A DNA stretch of 64,000 nucleotides from the NCBI GenBank assembly GCA_004022145.1, contig RCNU01000002.1; one strand, given 5' to 3'. Source of the stretch: Paecilomyces variotii. Lineage: Eukaryota. The translations under genes were made by a program, and so were the position numbers. Position 1 is the stretch's first letter. Each line of letters starts with the position of its first letter. The notes beneath the pieces were generated by a model. That model saw nothing but the letters and a program-made list of their open reading frames with translations. It had not been told where the DNA came from and did no database searches. This document shows, piece after piece, positions 1 through 13,533 of the stretch.

Positions 1-660
1 TAAAAGGGAAGTCTGAAAGGTGGCCGGTATGGTTTCAATTGCAGATGTAGGAACGAGTGAAGTAATGGCACTCGGAGAAGTGGCTCTAGTTGGACTTGGA
101 TGGACGGTAGGATAACGGGATGTCGATAGAGAGGGTATGACGGACATCGATGTCTTCTCAGATGGAGAGATGACAGAATGTGAAGAACTCGATGCTGGAG
201 AAGTATGAGGTATACTGCTCACAGACTCCGTATGCCAGTAAGAAGTAGAAGTCGTTTCCTGATAAATTCTATAGTCAGAGCCAACTAATCCAGCCAGGCT
301 ACGTGAGATGGATCGCTTCCTACCGTCGATAGTTCAGAAGAGATTGGCAAAGTTGTTGCAGTCTAATATATACCTAATTATTAGCTACAGTACCTCTAGA
401 ATGAGGCCCTTCTGGAATCGGGAATTGACAAGGGCATCACTTACCGACCAACTGCTGGTATAGGAGTGTGTGCTTGTACTAGCAGATTCAGTACAACTAC
501 AAGGCGCTGTAAATGTGTCCGTCTCCCAAATTGTTGTCACAGATTCTTCTCCCGTCTCATACAAAATATTTTCAAACAATAAATCATCTAACTGCGAAAC
601 TGTGTATTGTGCGCACACAACTGGCACAAGGAAAAGGCCCAGAAACAAAATGTGCCGCAT
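1..660 (-). CDS. Secreted Ser/Thr-rich (mucin-like/cell-surface) protein, multi-exon, runs off the left window edge
   Basis: Signal-peptide-like start MRHILFLGLFLVPVVCAQ at 660. GTAAGT donor at 444 and a second GTAGGA...CTGAC...TAG intron near 270-322. The downstream frame is S/T/P-rich (TSPASSSSHSVISPSEKTS...) and open to position 1. Confidence 0.6.
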
Positions 661-2381
661 CCTTGTGATGGATGATCAAAGAATACCGCTCAACTCAATT
701 CGAATACTTTTAAACGAGTGGCACTGAGCGGTGAGCAAACGAATGTAGGACTCAAGATGAAAGATCAATGTCTAAGAAACCGAAAGGAGAATCTTGATAG
801 ATTAGGGAGACACAAAATCTACTCAGGCTGATCAGGTTGGCATGTTTTTATTCCAGTATTGGAACTATAAAAAGAAACCGAATGCGAAAAGTGCAATTAC
901 TCTGAAGCAAACATAATCAACTTGAGAATCTTAGCAAGGCCATCCATGCTGATGATCTGCCCAAGTATCTCCTGGTGGAGTTGTGAGCACGCAGGTGGCC
1001 CGTTCATATCAAAATTTGTATTTGATTATTTTTTCCAACACACAACTGAAGACGACCGTTTACCTCTACCTGAATCATCCGGCATTCCATAGTGCTACTA
1101 TTTCAGTAACTTGTGGCTTGCTAGCTAGTTATTTAGACGATCTACCGCGAGGATTATCTGCAGGAATTTTCCGTGCGATTCGAAGCATGGCTAGATTTCC
1201 TTGAACTCTGTATATGTACTTAGCTCTATATGGAGTAAGTATGGTGAATTGAGACGGGAAGATCAAACAAGTTGTGTTCCTTTCAGACTTCTGGAACTAA
1301 TATAATCCCTGTCGAGTCTAATTTCCCTTTTGCCTTGACGTGTTCCCGTGAGGCAGTGACCTATCGACGGCTTCAACGCTGATCCCTGTGCTGAAAGAAA
1401 CATTCGAGCCACTAACCATTATGGCAGCGCAACTCGATGGTACAGTACTTCCGTAGCACGACGAGATACCATTTTCGGATACACCACTCGAATAACACTA
1501 TTATAGCGTCAAGCGGTCAGTCGAGACCTTTACGATTAGCGAAGCGCACTGAAAATTGAAGACTCGAAGATAGAGTGATCACCATGCCAGGAGCGAGAGA
1601 GAGAAAAAAAAGCCATAAGGTGAAGTTACCTCTGTAGACAAAGACATCTGGCTCTAGATCCACACTACCAGCGCCTCGATCGCAAATTCAGGGGAGTTCC
1701 CTTTGACCAAAGGAACTCAGCAAGGGTCCATCATTACAATGGAGATCCACACAGGCCGTCCCGGCCAGGCTGGATGGATGGCCGCATCGAATATTGCGTA
1801 TGGCCAAAGCTAGCAATATCTTTGTACTACCACGGAACCTGGGATGTATACGTTGTATTCTCCTGCACGAGTCCTTGTATTTCCCGTGCCTAGCAGTACC
1901 TTTCCGAGACATGCACTCGAGTGAATGTACCGCAGAGTTCTCGCCACAGATGACAGGTCCACAGTGGCTCGGTCAGTATCTCTGATTTTGCCTATGACTC
2001 TCCAGCATCTCCTGGGCAAGTGCATTGGATCAGCAATGGTCTGTCTCCTTGAAAAGGAAGTAAGGTATGTAGTTGTGCCACTGTATCTCCAGGACAATCC
2101 GTTGTGGCAGACAGTCTCGCTGAGAGATCGGCAACGTAGCCCGTTCAGCCTCGACGACATTCTTAACTGATGGTCTGACTTGGTCTATCAGAATTATTCT
2201 TCCTTTTCCGCTGATTCTGCCTGGATATCGCATACTGCAGGTTGGTGGCATCGAGTGTATGCAGAAAGACATTCCAAAGTCGTGAATCAAAGGTATTGTT
2301 AGACCCCATCTTCTTCTGGGGCTCACCAATTGTCTGAAGTGCCTTGTGAAACACTTTCACCATAGTGGTTGATCCGATCAC

Positions 2382-5075
2382 ATGGTAGAAAAGATGCTGT
2401 TTTTACTTGCAAGTATAGCTCTTATGCTATGCGACAAGGGCGTTGCCGTGGGCTGGGAAAACAATGTCAATATCTCCATATGTAACTGGCAGCAACTTAG
2501 AGGTGGGTACACTCTTTGGCTTTCATAAAAACTCACAACTTCCAATTTTTCACTAGAATCTGGGGTGCCGCTGACAAGCTTTGTATCTCAGCGAACATAA
2601 TTCGAGATACGATATACCTGGATGGAGGGTCTACGTGGTATCGCTAGTACGTTGGGAAGAGTTCACAGCTTGTTCGAAACAACGCTAACATACCGAAGCG
2701 GAGAATCTGACGGACAATGGGGACAACTGGTCAACGACGGTAGCCATCTTCATCTCATCAAATCTTTCTTTGGGACAGATATTGATCTGACATTAGGAAA
2801 TGTACACGGACTGCTCTACACTCTCAATCTCGGGCTACCATTTGACAACACAACGAACCAAACCGGTCTTTTACAGAGCATGGAAAAAGCAGGCAGTTCA
2901 GCGAGCAACAACATTGCTCCCAATTACAAGGACGGTGTCATGTTTGCAAACGATGATGAGTTCATTCTTTATGGGTAATTCAGACAACGGGTCTATACAC
3001 AAAGGTTATTGCTGACAAACGAAAGGGGACTCGCTCTTTTTGAAGGTTTCGAGAACGCACAGTTGCCAAATCAGATACTAGGATACGAAGCAGATCAATG
3101 GGGCCCATACAGGGAGTCCTGGAGTCCAGGCTTTCTACAGAAAACACTGCCAAATGGTGCCACTCGGTTCGTGACTAACGGCGCTGGAGTTTCAGTTCCC
3201 AGTGAGAACCTCGGCTTCTATTTCAGCGGCATGAGAAGCGAGGACTGGGGGCTTATTGCAGAAGGAGGCTTCCCAAATATTACCGCAAATGTCACCGCGA
3301 ATACTCTAATTTCAGTTAATATGACCACGATGAGAGATGAGAAGTGGGAGAATGATACCTTGCCAGATAATATCCCAGCCAGAGCCAACGCGGAGCTTGT
3401 ATGGATTCCAGTTTCTGAATCTGGGGCCTTAATCGCCATGGGAGGCGTTACTGACCCGGAGGTCCTCAATCCCTCTCGCAGCCTTACGGAGGAACAAATG
3501 ATAGCTGCCGTATGTTGAATCCCTTGGACTCCAGACTATATTCTCACCAGCGAGTAGAACAGTTCCAGTCGAACCTTTATGACTAGCCTTCCAGTTTATG
3601 ATATTGCGAACAAGAAATGGTAAGAGCTTCTTGTATACGAAAGGAACAGTTACTAACCAGGCCTAGGTATTTGCAAAATACAACAGGCGATATTCCACCT
3701 CAGACAGCATCCTTTTGTTCCGTGGTTGCCGCAGCGCCAGACAACAGTTCTTACAATATTTACATATACGGAGGGTACAATGGTGTATATGCAGAGGATC
3801 CCCCTTACGATGACGTATACGTCTTGTCAGTGCCATCTTTTACTTGGATTAAGGTGTATTCCGGCCAGCAAAAACATGCTCGAAGTGGACACAAGTGCAT
3901 AAAAACATATCCAGACCAAATGTTTGTCCTTGGTGGTATATTTGAAGGGGACTCCACTATTTGTCTAGATGGTGGTTTTATCCAGGTCTTCAATCTGAAT
4001 ACGCTCCGGTTCCAAGACTCATACAGCCCCGAGCAGTGGAATGAGTATCAAGTGCCGTCTATTATCACTGATAAGATCGGAGGAAAGTAAGTACTTTCAC
4101 ATTGTATCTATCTGGATTGCAACTGACTTCGCAAGTGCCAATGGAGCGGCTACAAAGACGGCCCCGGCGGCTTGGGCTGACGACAGCCTTGCCACGCTAT
4201 TCTCGTCCAAGTACACAAAGACTATGCCCACCTATTATCCTTATGCTTTGGTCTCAAACACATCAACACCGACTGCTACTTCAGTCACTCCCACAAAGGT
4301 GCCATCTCCTTCAAATTCCCACAATCCATTGCCTGTCTGGGTCGGCCCTGTCCTTGGGGTCGTTCTCGGATTCATTGTCATAGCTGTCCTTGTCGTCTGC
4401 TTACTCGTCTATCGATGGCGACAGTATAAGAGGGCTCTTGAGTCCGGAGACGCCAGTCACGGAAGTACCCATTCCCACGTCCTCAACTGGATGAAGCACG
4501 GAATGCATATGCGGCATTCGAAATCCTCCGTACCTGCTGTTTCTGAAGTCGAAGCGAACGAGAAACATACATCCTATGGATTTTCTGCTGGAACCCCTGC
4601 TCATTATGCAGTGTCCCCAGTCGCAACAGAGGCGAGTGGTCTGCCTATACATGAGTTAGACGGTAAGTGTCGGTATTATTCCTATATACTCTAACTCAGG
4701 ACCCTATACTTACGGTGGTCCTCCACAGCTGCTCCCCAAGGACGATTTGAGCTCGAGACTCCGCACAACAGTCCTATAGAGAGTTATTTTACGTCTGGTC
4801 GTCACTATAGTTCATCTCTCGACAGCGTCGTCATGTCAGGTCAACACGACAATAAAAGTCCTACGGAGTCATTTCACTCTTCTGAAGGGAACTCACCGAC
4901 AGTGAGAAGCGGCATTCAGCGCCAGACGAGTGATCTAAGCTCACCCCTCTCGGATATCTCTGAACATCAATCGGAGAGCCGACCTCACTCCCGAGACTCG
5001 TCTGATCACTCAAATGAACTGGTCAGTCCGCTAGCGGTTATTCCACGGCTTCGAATTAGTCGACAGCAAAGGTAG
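2382..5075 (+). CDS. Kelch-repeat, single-pass transmembrane cell-surface ('cell wall anchored') protein, multi-exon
   Basis: Signal peptide MVEKMLFLLASIALML at 2382. Kelch motifs (IYIYGGY, DDVYVLSVPSFTW, ARSGHKC, MFVLGG) across ORFs 2622-4090. S/T stalk, TM helix VGPVLGVVLGFIVIAVLVVCLLVY followed by RWRQYKR, then a Ser-rich cytoplasmic tail ending at 5075. Confidence 0.8.
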
Positions 5076-5747
5076 TATCGCAAGTACAACATACAAAGCA
5101 AGCGTGATAAATATCATGCAATATTTACCCATTTTAGATATATAAATGGGTCACATGCGACTGTAAGGATCAGATCTGATTTGGACTCCGGTTGTTAGAG
5201 AACAGCCAGAACACAGTGAGATCTTTATTCACATTATTGGATTATTTCTAGTAACGATTTTGTGATATCATTTTTTTTATGTTAGTTACATGTATAGATC
5301 GAAAAAAAAGGAATGTATCTCCATGTCAAGTGATTCAGATCTCGGTGATAATTCTATTGGGTTTGTTATATAAATACTGCGAACTTAAATACAAGCGCTG
5401 CAGAAGTGCGTCTTACTGGCCTCCGAACTATAAAATCGAAGCTGTTACCTCTATCCCCCGGCCATTGAAATTATCATTTTTTTTCTCTCTTTTCTTTCCG
5501 TGACCGATAGAGACACTGTTCTGGGTATTATTATTCTCGAACGCAGGCGATCATTATTACCCCGAGCCGGGAGACCCACATGTAAGTAACTAATCCGCGG
5601 AGCTTATGTACTGCTTCCCCTCCAATTATCCCAAGAACTTCAGAACTCAAACTCTTAATGATTCTTGTCAGCATCACCGGCGCGATTTCTCGACGATATT
5701 TACTAGCCTCAGTCTCACTCCAAGGATAAAAGGAGATAAGAGCCAAG

Positions 5748-7256
5748 ATGTTGATTCAGGAATCCTACCATGATGTTCCCACGAAAGCTGATGGGGAGGG
5801 GACTATGCGTGAGTAACCACCGATTCTATTGATACCAAGACCTCTTGTTTGGGTACTGCGGCGATATTATACATGCGTGATGTTTAATGTCGCTGTGGGT
5901 GTTTTTATTTTATTCTTAATTGAAGTTCGACGTCATTTTGGATGAAATGGTAGGGAAGGAAGGGTTCATTATCTGAAATCCCACGACTGAAACTACCACA
6001 AAGGGCTGTTTTCATCAGATCATAATTCTCTGCTTTTCGAAGCGATTTCTGTATTTCCAATTTTGGACAATCGAACCAATCAATGCATGGTGGCAGCTTG
6101 TCCAATTGCGCAAAATGTTTGCTTGCTATATTGGATCATGGCCAGAACTGTTGCAGGGGTAATCATCAGTTTATTGACTGTGTCTTTACTTGCTTGCAGG
6201 GATCTATGTTTTCCATCCCACCATCCCCGGATACCCCAAGGCCCGATTTCCTGGTGTGGTGGTATTCAGCGAAATCTATCAGGGTAAGTTCGATTCTTAT
6301 GTTGGAGCTAATACCATGACAGCAGCTGATTCATGCACAGTGACGGGTCCTGTCTCTCGCTTTGCGCGCCAAATTGCTGGCCAAGGCTACATTTGTGCGG
6401 CGCCGTCGAGCTACCACGAGTTCACAGGACCGGAACCCTTGAAGTATGACGCTGAAGACACCGATAAGGGAAATCAGTGGAAGATTTCCAAGGTACGTGG
6501 CGGAATCATGGTGCCATTCAATTCTTCTCTGAGCAGTAAACGGCGTTAAGAGCTGGGTATATAGATCATACTTTCCTTTACTGATGTGGAAGTAGAAAAT
6601 CACGGCTTACGATGAGGACGCTTCTCTCACTGTGGACTATCTCTTGTCGCTTCCGACATGCAATGGCCGTGTAGGCGCAACTGGAATGTGCCTGGGAGGC
6701 CATCTAGCTTACCGGTGCGCCCTTGACCAGCGAGTCAAAGCTGCCGTCTGCTACTTTGCGACAGACATCCATAGCAAGACTCTTGGCCAGGGGAAGAATG
6801 ATGATAGTTTGGAAAGGGCGGGAGATATAAAGGGAGAACTGGTCATGGTGAGTATTCTTGCTGTTGACACTCACAATGGCATCAAATCAAGATCGTGGCG
6901 GATGATCGATCTAACCGTACTATGCAGATCTTCGGAAAGAACGACAACCACGTTCCTCCCGAGGGGCGTGACCTCATCCGAAAGGTGCTGCATGAGAAGG
7001 GTGTGCTGTTCAGCTTCTATGAAGTGGCATGGGCACAGCGTAAGTTATACTATACCCAGCCACATACTAGTTGCGTGATGCAGAACAACTGACTTGAATA
7101 GATGCGTTTATTCGGGACGAACTCAGCAAGGGCCGCTACGACCCAGCCATCAGCAAGGTGTGCTTCGAGATGCTGCTGGAGCTCTTTGGCCGTACCTTGA
7201 AGCTGGATCTTGGTGATCATGACGGGAAGGAGCTCAAGATTGAAGATGTCTGCTAG
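5748..7256 (+). CDS. Dienelactone hydrolase family protein (6 exons)
   Basis: Spliced reading MLIQESYHDVPTKADGEGTMR/IYVFHP...FSEIYQ, nucleophile motif GMCLGG, AQ/HAFIRDE His, ending KIEDVC*. Canonical introns at 5809-6199, 6284-6340, 6493-6595, 6848-6927 and 7040-7101. Confidence 0.9.
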
Positions 7257-8423
7257 TTCGTCCATTATTTTCAGGCCAACAGTTGTTGGACCCATGGTTC
7301 ACGGGCGTAGTCGGTATGCCATAAGACGACGTTTCAAGTGGGCGGAAGGGATAAAGTGACCTGAAACGAAACGATTCCTCACACCAGGAGGCAAAATATC
7401 GGGACCCGTTCCGTAGATGGGCGGTGAATAGAGTATGATCCTTCATCAGAAGCACAAACGCCGGCAGCATCATCCCTTACATGGGTCACTGTTCTCGAAG
7501 CCAGCATCGAACAATACTGTGGCTGGGGACTGAGAAAGTATGTACATACTGTATGGTAGACTAAACCGACAGAGTGTTTATCGTATCCATCACGTAGCCA
7601 TAGGTAATAGCCAGTCTACTGCAGTCTGCTGTATGTATGCCATGCAGGATCTGAGCGCAGGGATGCACTACACTATACCATAGACCAATGGAGATTATCT
7701 ACTTCGTAACTTCGTAGACTCCTGGATTAACCATCTTTGGGTCTCCATATTCGATCGAGTACACGGGCCGGTGGAGACCCAGCCTCCGTCGCCAATTTCA
7801 CCGCTCCCGCGCTATGTCGGCCATCTCGCTGGTTGCAACAACAACATCATCATCTTAGGTCCCTATCAATCTGTCAGAAAATCCTGAGAGTCTTGCGACC
7901 CACGATTGTTTTGTCGGTTTCCCGCGATTTCTGTGCTCACTGCTCACAAACAAGACGTTCTGCGGCTTTCAGGGTTGTTGGGGAGCGTAGAGCAAGAGCC
8001 GGTTTTGGGCCGAGTGATCTACAGATTCTGGCATCATAGCGTCCCCCTTTGATATCCGGCAAAGAAGACAGTTGTGGCTGTCAAACGTCCACTGGGAAGA
8101 GTACTCGATCTAGTAATTAGTATGGAGGCAAAGACGAACAATTCAACTCAACTCACCGCTGGCCAGAGGAGCGATGTGGGTCTGCCCTGCAAGGTGGCAA
8201 GCTGTGGGTGACAGAGAGCACGGCCAGAGGAATTGATAGAAAATATTGGGGCAGTTAGTGTGAATAATGATGTTGTTTTCAAACGAGGACCCCATCACCG
8301 GCCATCCTGCTGGTTATTGCAGCGGGCCGCGAAGGAGGAATTCTCCAGATTCTGGCGGAGAGAGTCTGGTCGAGTGCCATGCTGTGGCTGGCCCCTTGGC
8401 GGGAGATGAAAAGAGAGATTCTC

Positions 8424-8438
8424 ATTATTATTATTATT
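8424..8438. repeat. (ATT)5 microsatellite
   Basis: attattattattatt in intergenic DNA upstream of the Chs7-family gene. Confidence 0.8.
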
Positions 8439-8742
8439 CTCCTGGGCTAACCAGCAAATCCCATCCGATTTCTCGACGCCAGAACGGGCTGCTACCCCGG
8501 GCCGTTTTAGGGCCGTGATATGTGAGCGACCAGCGAGTGACGCAGAGAATTGGTTGGTTGACCTGAGGGGATCCCGGCCAGACTTCAATTTCCCCTTGTA
8601 CATGTAGTACATAAGTACATACAACTGATGCTTTGGCGGCTAGTCTAGTCAGATTACTGGGATTCCGCTGGCGGCAGAGTTGAATAATAATGAGTGATTC
8701 GAGGGCCTTTACGGATTCTGTGCCTGGCGCCCGCATAGGCTG

Positions 8743-8776
8743 TTATTATTATTATTATTTTTGTTGTTATTATTAT
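8743..8776. repeat. Imperfect (TTA/TTG)n microsatellite
   Basis: ttattattattattatttttgttgttattattat. Confidence 0.75.
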
Positions 8777-9726
8777 GATCGTGACCTTTTTTTAGAGTGG
8801 AGAGAGCTTGATCGGACATGGCAGACCATGGAACCGACGAGACAGTATATCCACAATCCCCAGCTGGCACATAGACAGTAGAAAATAATTTAATTCAAGC
8901 CCGTACTGTCCACTAAAACTCCTTGGTCCACTCTCTCCAGGACGAGAGCCTCTTGTCCGCTGCGCCTCATCCGGCAATTGTATTGTATTTGTCTCAGTTG
9001 CAAGCAGCACCACTTTCGTTTTGATCGCAGACCCAGCCTTGCCCTCACTCTACTCATGAGCCGGACGATTCAATTCAGGTCTTATCTGGGCCGTTCAAGG
9101 GACTTCCTCATGGTCATATAGAAGTGATAGACCAGAATTGAACTGCACAGACTGATTAACTTGGCCTTAGCCCAGCCCCCTGGCGATCCCGCGGCATTCT
9201 TGCGACGTCTGGTCCATGGACCGAGCCCTCTCTAGCAACAGTCTTAAGCCGAGCCTAAGATAGCACCGCTAAGCCAGGGCCACCTCCCCGCCTGATTTGC
9301 CAGCCTTCGCCAGGGCGTTCTGCTGCTGTTCTCTCGTTTCCTGTTTGTTTAACAGGGCCGTGCTGCTAAAGTTGGAATTGGCTTGTTCGGACTGTCGTGG
9401 TCGCCGTTCGTTTCTTTCAACGTCGACCAGCGTCGGCCGTCGTCTCTGGACCCCCTCAGGCCTTCATCCCAAACGTCCAATTCCCTCAGCGCTGCGCAAA
9501 GTCGCTCTTTCGCGTCATTCGTTTCCTAGAACCTCTCGTGCGATAAGAGGTCCTGAACTAGTAGCACTGGAGGTGTGGGAAGTCCTGCTACTCGGTATAC
9601 CCGCGACGGGGGGTTGATCGTCGTCCCAGCGGATCAAAGGAGAGCGGCGACCGCCCATCATCTACGGACATCGCGACCACAATATATCATCGCCGGAGTT
9701 AATAGTCTTTCTTTACAATAATAATC

Positions 9727-11134
9727 ATGGGTTCGACCCAATTCGGCAATTTCCATGTGAGTCGCGACTCGAGGACCGCAGAACTAGTCCGATTATTCAA
9801 GTGATAGGGCTGACCGCAGTTCCCTTTTGTTGACAGGACTTTTGTCGGGATTCTACGTTACCAATATGCAATGTACGTTGACCTCTTCTCATGAACATAC
9901 GAAACAATGCGAATTCTCGCATGTACAAAGGAAATTGGAGGTATCCGATATTGATATGTGGGAAATAGATATTTGTTGCGAATAATCAACCGCCTAACCG
10001 TGCATATGGTGGCTGTGCTCTGACGGGAATCGATCTCAGCGGAGGTCGCTATCTGGGTAATCTGGGTATGGTGCAAGGTCTCGCGGCTTTCGAAATGGAC
10101 AACGGGAAACTGATATCGCGCAGGGTCAATTATTCTGGCATTCATCTCGATACTAGCCTCCATCTTTCTATTATGGCGATCAGAGCGGAAAAAGGCAGCG
10201 GTGGGCAGAAGGTACAAATATCGACGCCACACCGATCGACCATGGCGCGCACACTGACGGTTACACCCTTACAGGGAAATGCAAATATTTTTAATCGGCT
10301 ACATAGTAATTGAGATTTGTGAGATCTTCACGGTGGGAGCTTTTCCACTTGATTCTGCTGTCCGAAAGGTCAGTGATCTCGCCAACTTTCGATGAGTCTT
10401 TCTTTGTTTATTGACATTCTCCAGGGCTTCACCGCGGTTCACGTGGCAGCGATCACAGCAACGTGCTGGATTCTTCTGCTTAACGCCTTGGTCGGCTTCC
10501 AATTCCTTGATGATGGTACACCGGCTTCTATCGGTTTATTCCTAGCTTCAGCCGGCGTTCTCTTCATCGGCACCGGTTACATTACGCTTGATACTGCCTT
10601 CAGCTGGACAGGTCATTTTGATTCGAGTTACCATGGACATAACCGCAATATCGCGCTTTACGTGCTCTATCAGTTATTCCCGCTGGTTTGCCTCGTGTTC
10701 TTCTATGTTCTCGAGTCTGTACTTGTTCTCCGAGTCCTTGGGGAGACTAAGCCTATGAGTATGTGCACCATCCCGACCAATTCTGATCTTGGACATGATT
10801 TGATGCGCATGCTTTTTCGCGCACAGTCGCTCTGCTCGCGTGAACCTGTCTGACCCATTGTTCCTATCGATGCGCTGGACTTAATAAGAAGCTTGCTAAC
10901 GTTCAATGCTTCATAGTATACCTATCTCTCGCTGGTCTCCTATTTGCCATCGGCCAAATCTTCGAATACGTGATCAGCACTCATCTCTGTCAGGCATCTC
11001 ACGGGAAAATTAATGGTGCATTGTTCGAGACTTTCTTCACGTTACTTGGCGTCGTGACTGTCTGGATCTTCTGGAGCAGTATCACGGAAGACGACTGGCC
11101 GATGCCTATCACCGCTGGGGGCGGATACACCTGA
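9727..11134 (+). CDS. Chs7-family chitin synthase ER export chaperone (CHS7-like paralog), multi-exon multi-pass membrane protein
   Basis: Spliced N-terminus MGSTQFGNFH/DFCRDSTLPICN. Motifs KKAAVGRR, LLNALVGFQFLDDGTP, HLCQASHGKINGALFETFFTLLGV, FWSSITEDDWP. Stop TGA at 11132-11134. Confidence 0.85.
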
Positions 11135-13038
11135 TCGAGCCAACCCACGTAGAGGGAGGAAGCGATCAGGTTAATATTTTGATTGGGGGAGAAAATCGAT
11201 ACCATATTCTGCCCGGGTTTGCGTTGTTTTTGATTTTTGGCTTTTATTCAGCAAGTTTCGATTCTGCCGGCTTTCTGCGGAAATGCCTTCCATTTGATGC
11301 TCGACGCTCTCGTTTTCTGGCCTTAGATGTCAGATGCATGATTTTCTGACTTATAGTCATCTTACGTCTACGCAGGAGACCTTCAAAGAGGACCTCCTGT
11401 AACTGCGATTATGCTGCGATATGATACCAACTACCTACTCACGTTGTCACGTTATTACGCCTCACTCACGAGAGCTATCTTCACCACTTTACCATTCATG
11501 CCTCTCCAACGTCATGTTATACCCTACATGTCATCACTGTCATAACAGTTTTCTGTCACATACTTATCATCAATATCCAGAGACTCTCGAGGAGAGAGAA
11601 TTAATCAACAGAAATTGGAATCCATTACGATTCAGCATCTTTTCCATCCTTGTTATTATCCTATGCGGGCAAACCAATTCCTCATTCATGTAATATAAGA
11701 AGCTGATGATCCAGGTGAGGTATGATCTATGTGCAGATCAGGTCCTGTGATAATTGGTAGTATAAAAGCACAGGCTAGATTGTCTAGACTGTCTAGACCA
11801 TCAACAGTCAACGCCCGGATGGACTCCCTAGTTGAATTGTAACAATGAATGACAAGTCTCAAGATTGAGCTAGCCTGATCCGGGATACGAAGTGTGAGTG
11901 TCCAATGGCTAAACAACGTCGTACCATCAACCGGATCAAGGCACTGCTACAGAGCAGCGGGTATGTCCTACAATGTCTGGGCCTCGGCTTAAAAATCTTG
12001 CAGAGGTTAAATATCTGCCACAATTGATACCTGCGCTTGCTGGAAAATCTACCAATGAGACCCAGAATTGTGATCAATTGAAGTGTCACCCAGTTTCAGC
12101 TGTAAAGATGGATGCACCTGGGCAATGTCACCTGGATGGCTCATGCTCTTATCCGCCGCCACACATATTGGACATGAGCTTGGCATACTTTATTTTGTAA
12201 TCTCATTATTTGCCACAGTACTCCGAGGGAGTACGTGGAAAGTGGTTGTGCAAGGCAGATAATGTTCACCATTCAACGATGTCTTGCTGTCTGCATTGCA
12301 GACCCCTGAGGAGCCGGGGTTCTATGCGTTGATGAAGGCAAATAGTCCCATCGAGTCTTCCGGTTCCCCTGGATCTTGTTGAAATATCTTCCTCTCATGG
12401 ATAAATCGGCACCTGAGATCTCTTGATTAAGTCTTTTTTGGAATAGCAGCGTCTTAGTTATACAACCATTATGGGATGTTTCACTGTCATCCCGATACCC
12501 TCAAGGGTACGTGTTTCTTGACCAATCTTTCTTCAACAAACCAACTGCTATCATAATAGATGCTGCTCGGCTTCTTACGGGGATGGCTGAGTGATCATTA
12601 GTCTTCTAGTATATTTCACGTGAAAATGTCGCGCAGAAGAGGCCTCAGATGTACACTGCCCAGACGATAGGGATGCAGACATCCAATTGGGTTTATGGAT
12701 GGTTCCCATATCTTGGTTTCCTCGACGTCCTTGTGCATCGCAGGCTTCAGAATCCAACCTCGCCACTTCCTTGGTATTTATCAGATGGTTTCACGCTGGT
12801 CCACCTCTGGGAGGACAAGTAACTGTAGAATTTGCCATGTGGTTACACTTTCCAACCAGAGCAGATGTCTTCAGGAGAGGCACCTTCCCGATATACAACG
12901 GCCGTGTCTATATAGACCTGCCCAACGACCTCCTCTTGTCCTCTTCCATCTCTCTTTCCCATCGACTTCACTGAGAACACAAGTCACTAGAACAGTCAAA
13001 TACACCTCGTTTAACAATTGAATCTACCACCGGGGGAG

Positions 13039-13533
13039 ATGTATCTGAACCTCTCCAAGCTCGCCCTCGTGGCGCTAGCTGGGACCTCCGTCACTGCTGC
13101 ACCGAGTTCAATCTCTGCTCGTGCTCCACCCCAAGGTAAGAGATGATGCCTTTTCCAAAAGCAATAACACCTAAAACTCTAAAAACCGATCATGCACACT
13201 GTACTAACCTCTCGTACTTTGATTCTAGGAGCGGATGTCGTCGCAAAGGCGATTATCCACGCTACTCAGCAGAGTCAATGTAACGTGATCAACTGCGCAT
13301 CTGTCATTGCTGGGGCCGCTTGCATTGGACTCGATATAGCAAATGAGGACGCAGCAGGTGCTGTGGGATGTGTGGTTGGAGGAGCCCAGGCAGTATGTCC
13401 TTTGCTGTCTTTTGGAGTGGGACTCAGAGAACCAGATAAGCTAAACATTGATGAACCATAGATGTGTTCGTGCATGGACTGTATCGACTTTCTGGCGAAT
13501 TTCCTCACTAGCCACAACATGTGCCCTGGATAA
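13039..13533 (+). CDS. Small secreted 8-Cys protein, fungal calcium-binding-protein (Cbp1)-like, 110 aa, 3 exons
   Basis: Exons 13039-13135, 13229-13392 and 13462-13533 with canonical, phase-consistent GT-AG introns. Signal peptide MYLNLSKLALVALAGTSVTA. Mature region QCNVINCASVIAGAACIGLDIANEDAAGAVGCVVGGAQAMCSCMDCIDFLANFLTSHNMCPG*. Confidence 0.75.

Noticed and set aside
1688-2363. Several overlapping short minus-strand ORFs, one with a splice-donor-like GTGAGC
   Set aside because: No recognisable domain, frames are interrupted, and the putative ATG (2363) is only 19 bp from the divergent kelch-gene ATG. At most a decayed remnant.
5809-6199. TPP riboswitch in the long intron
   Set aside because: The conserved TPP aptamer motifs are absent and the host gene is unrelated to thiamine.
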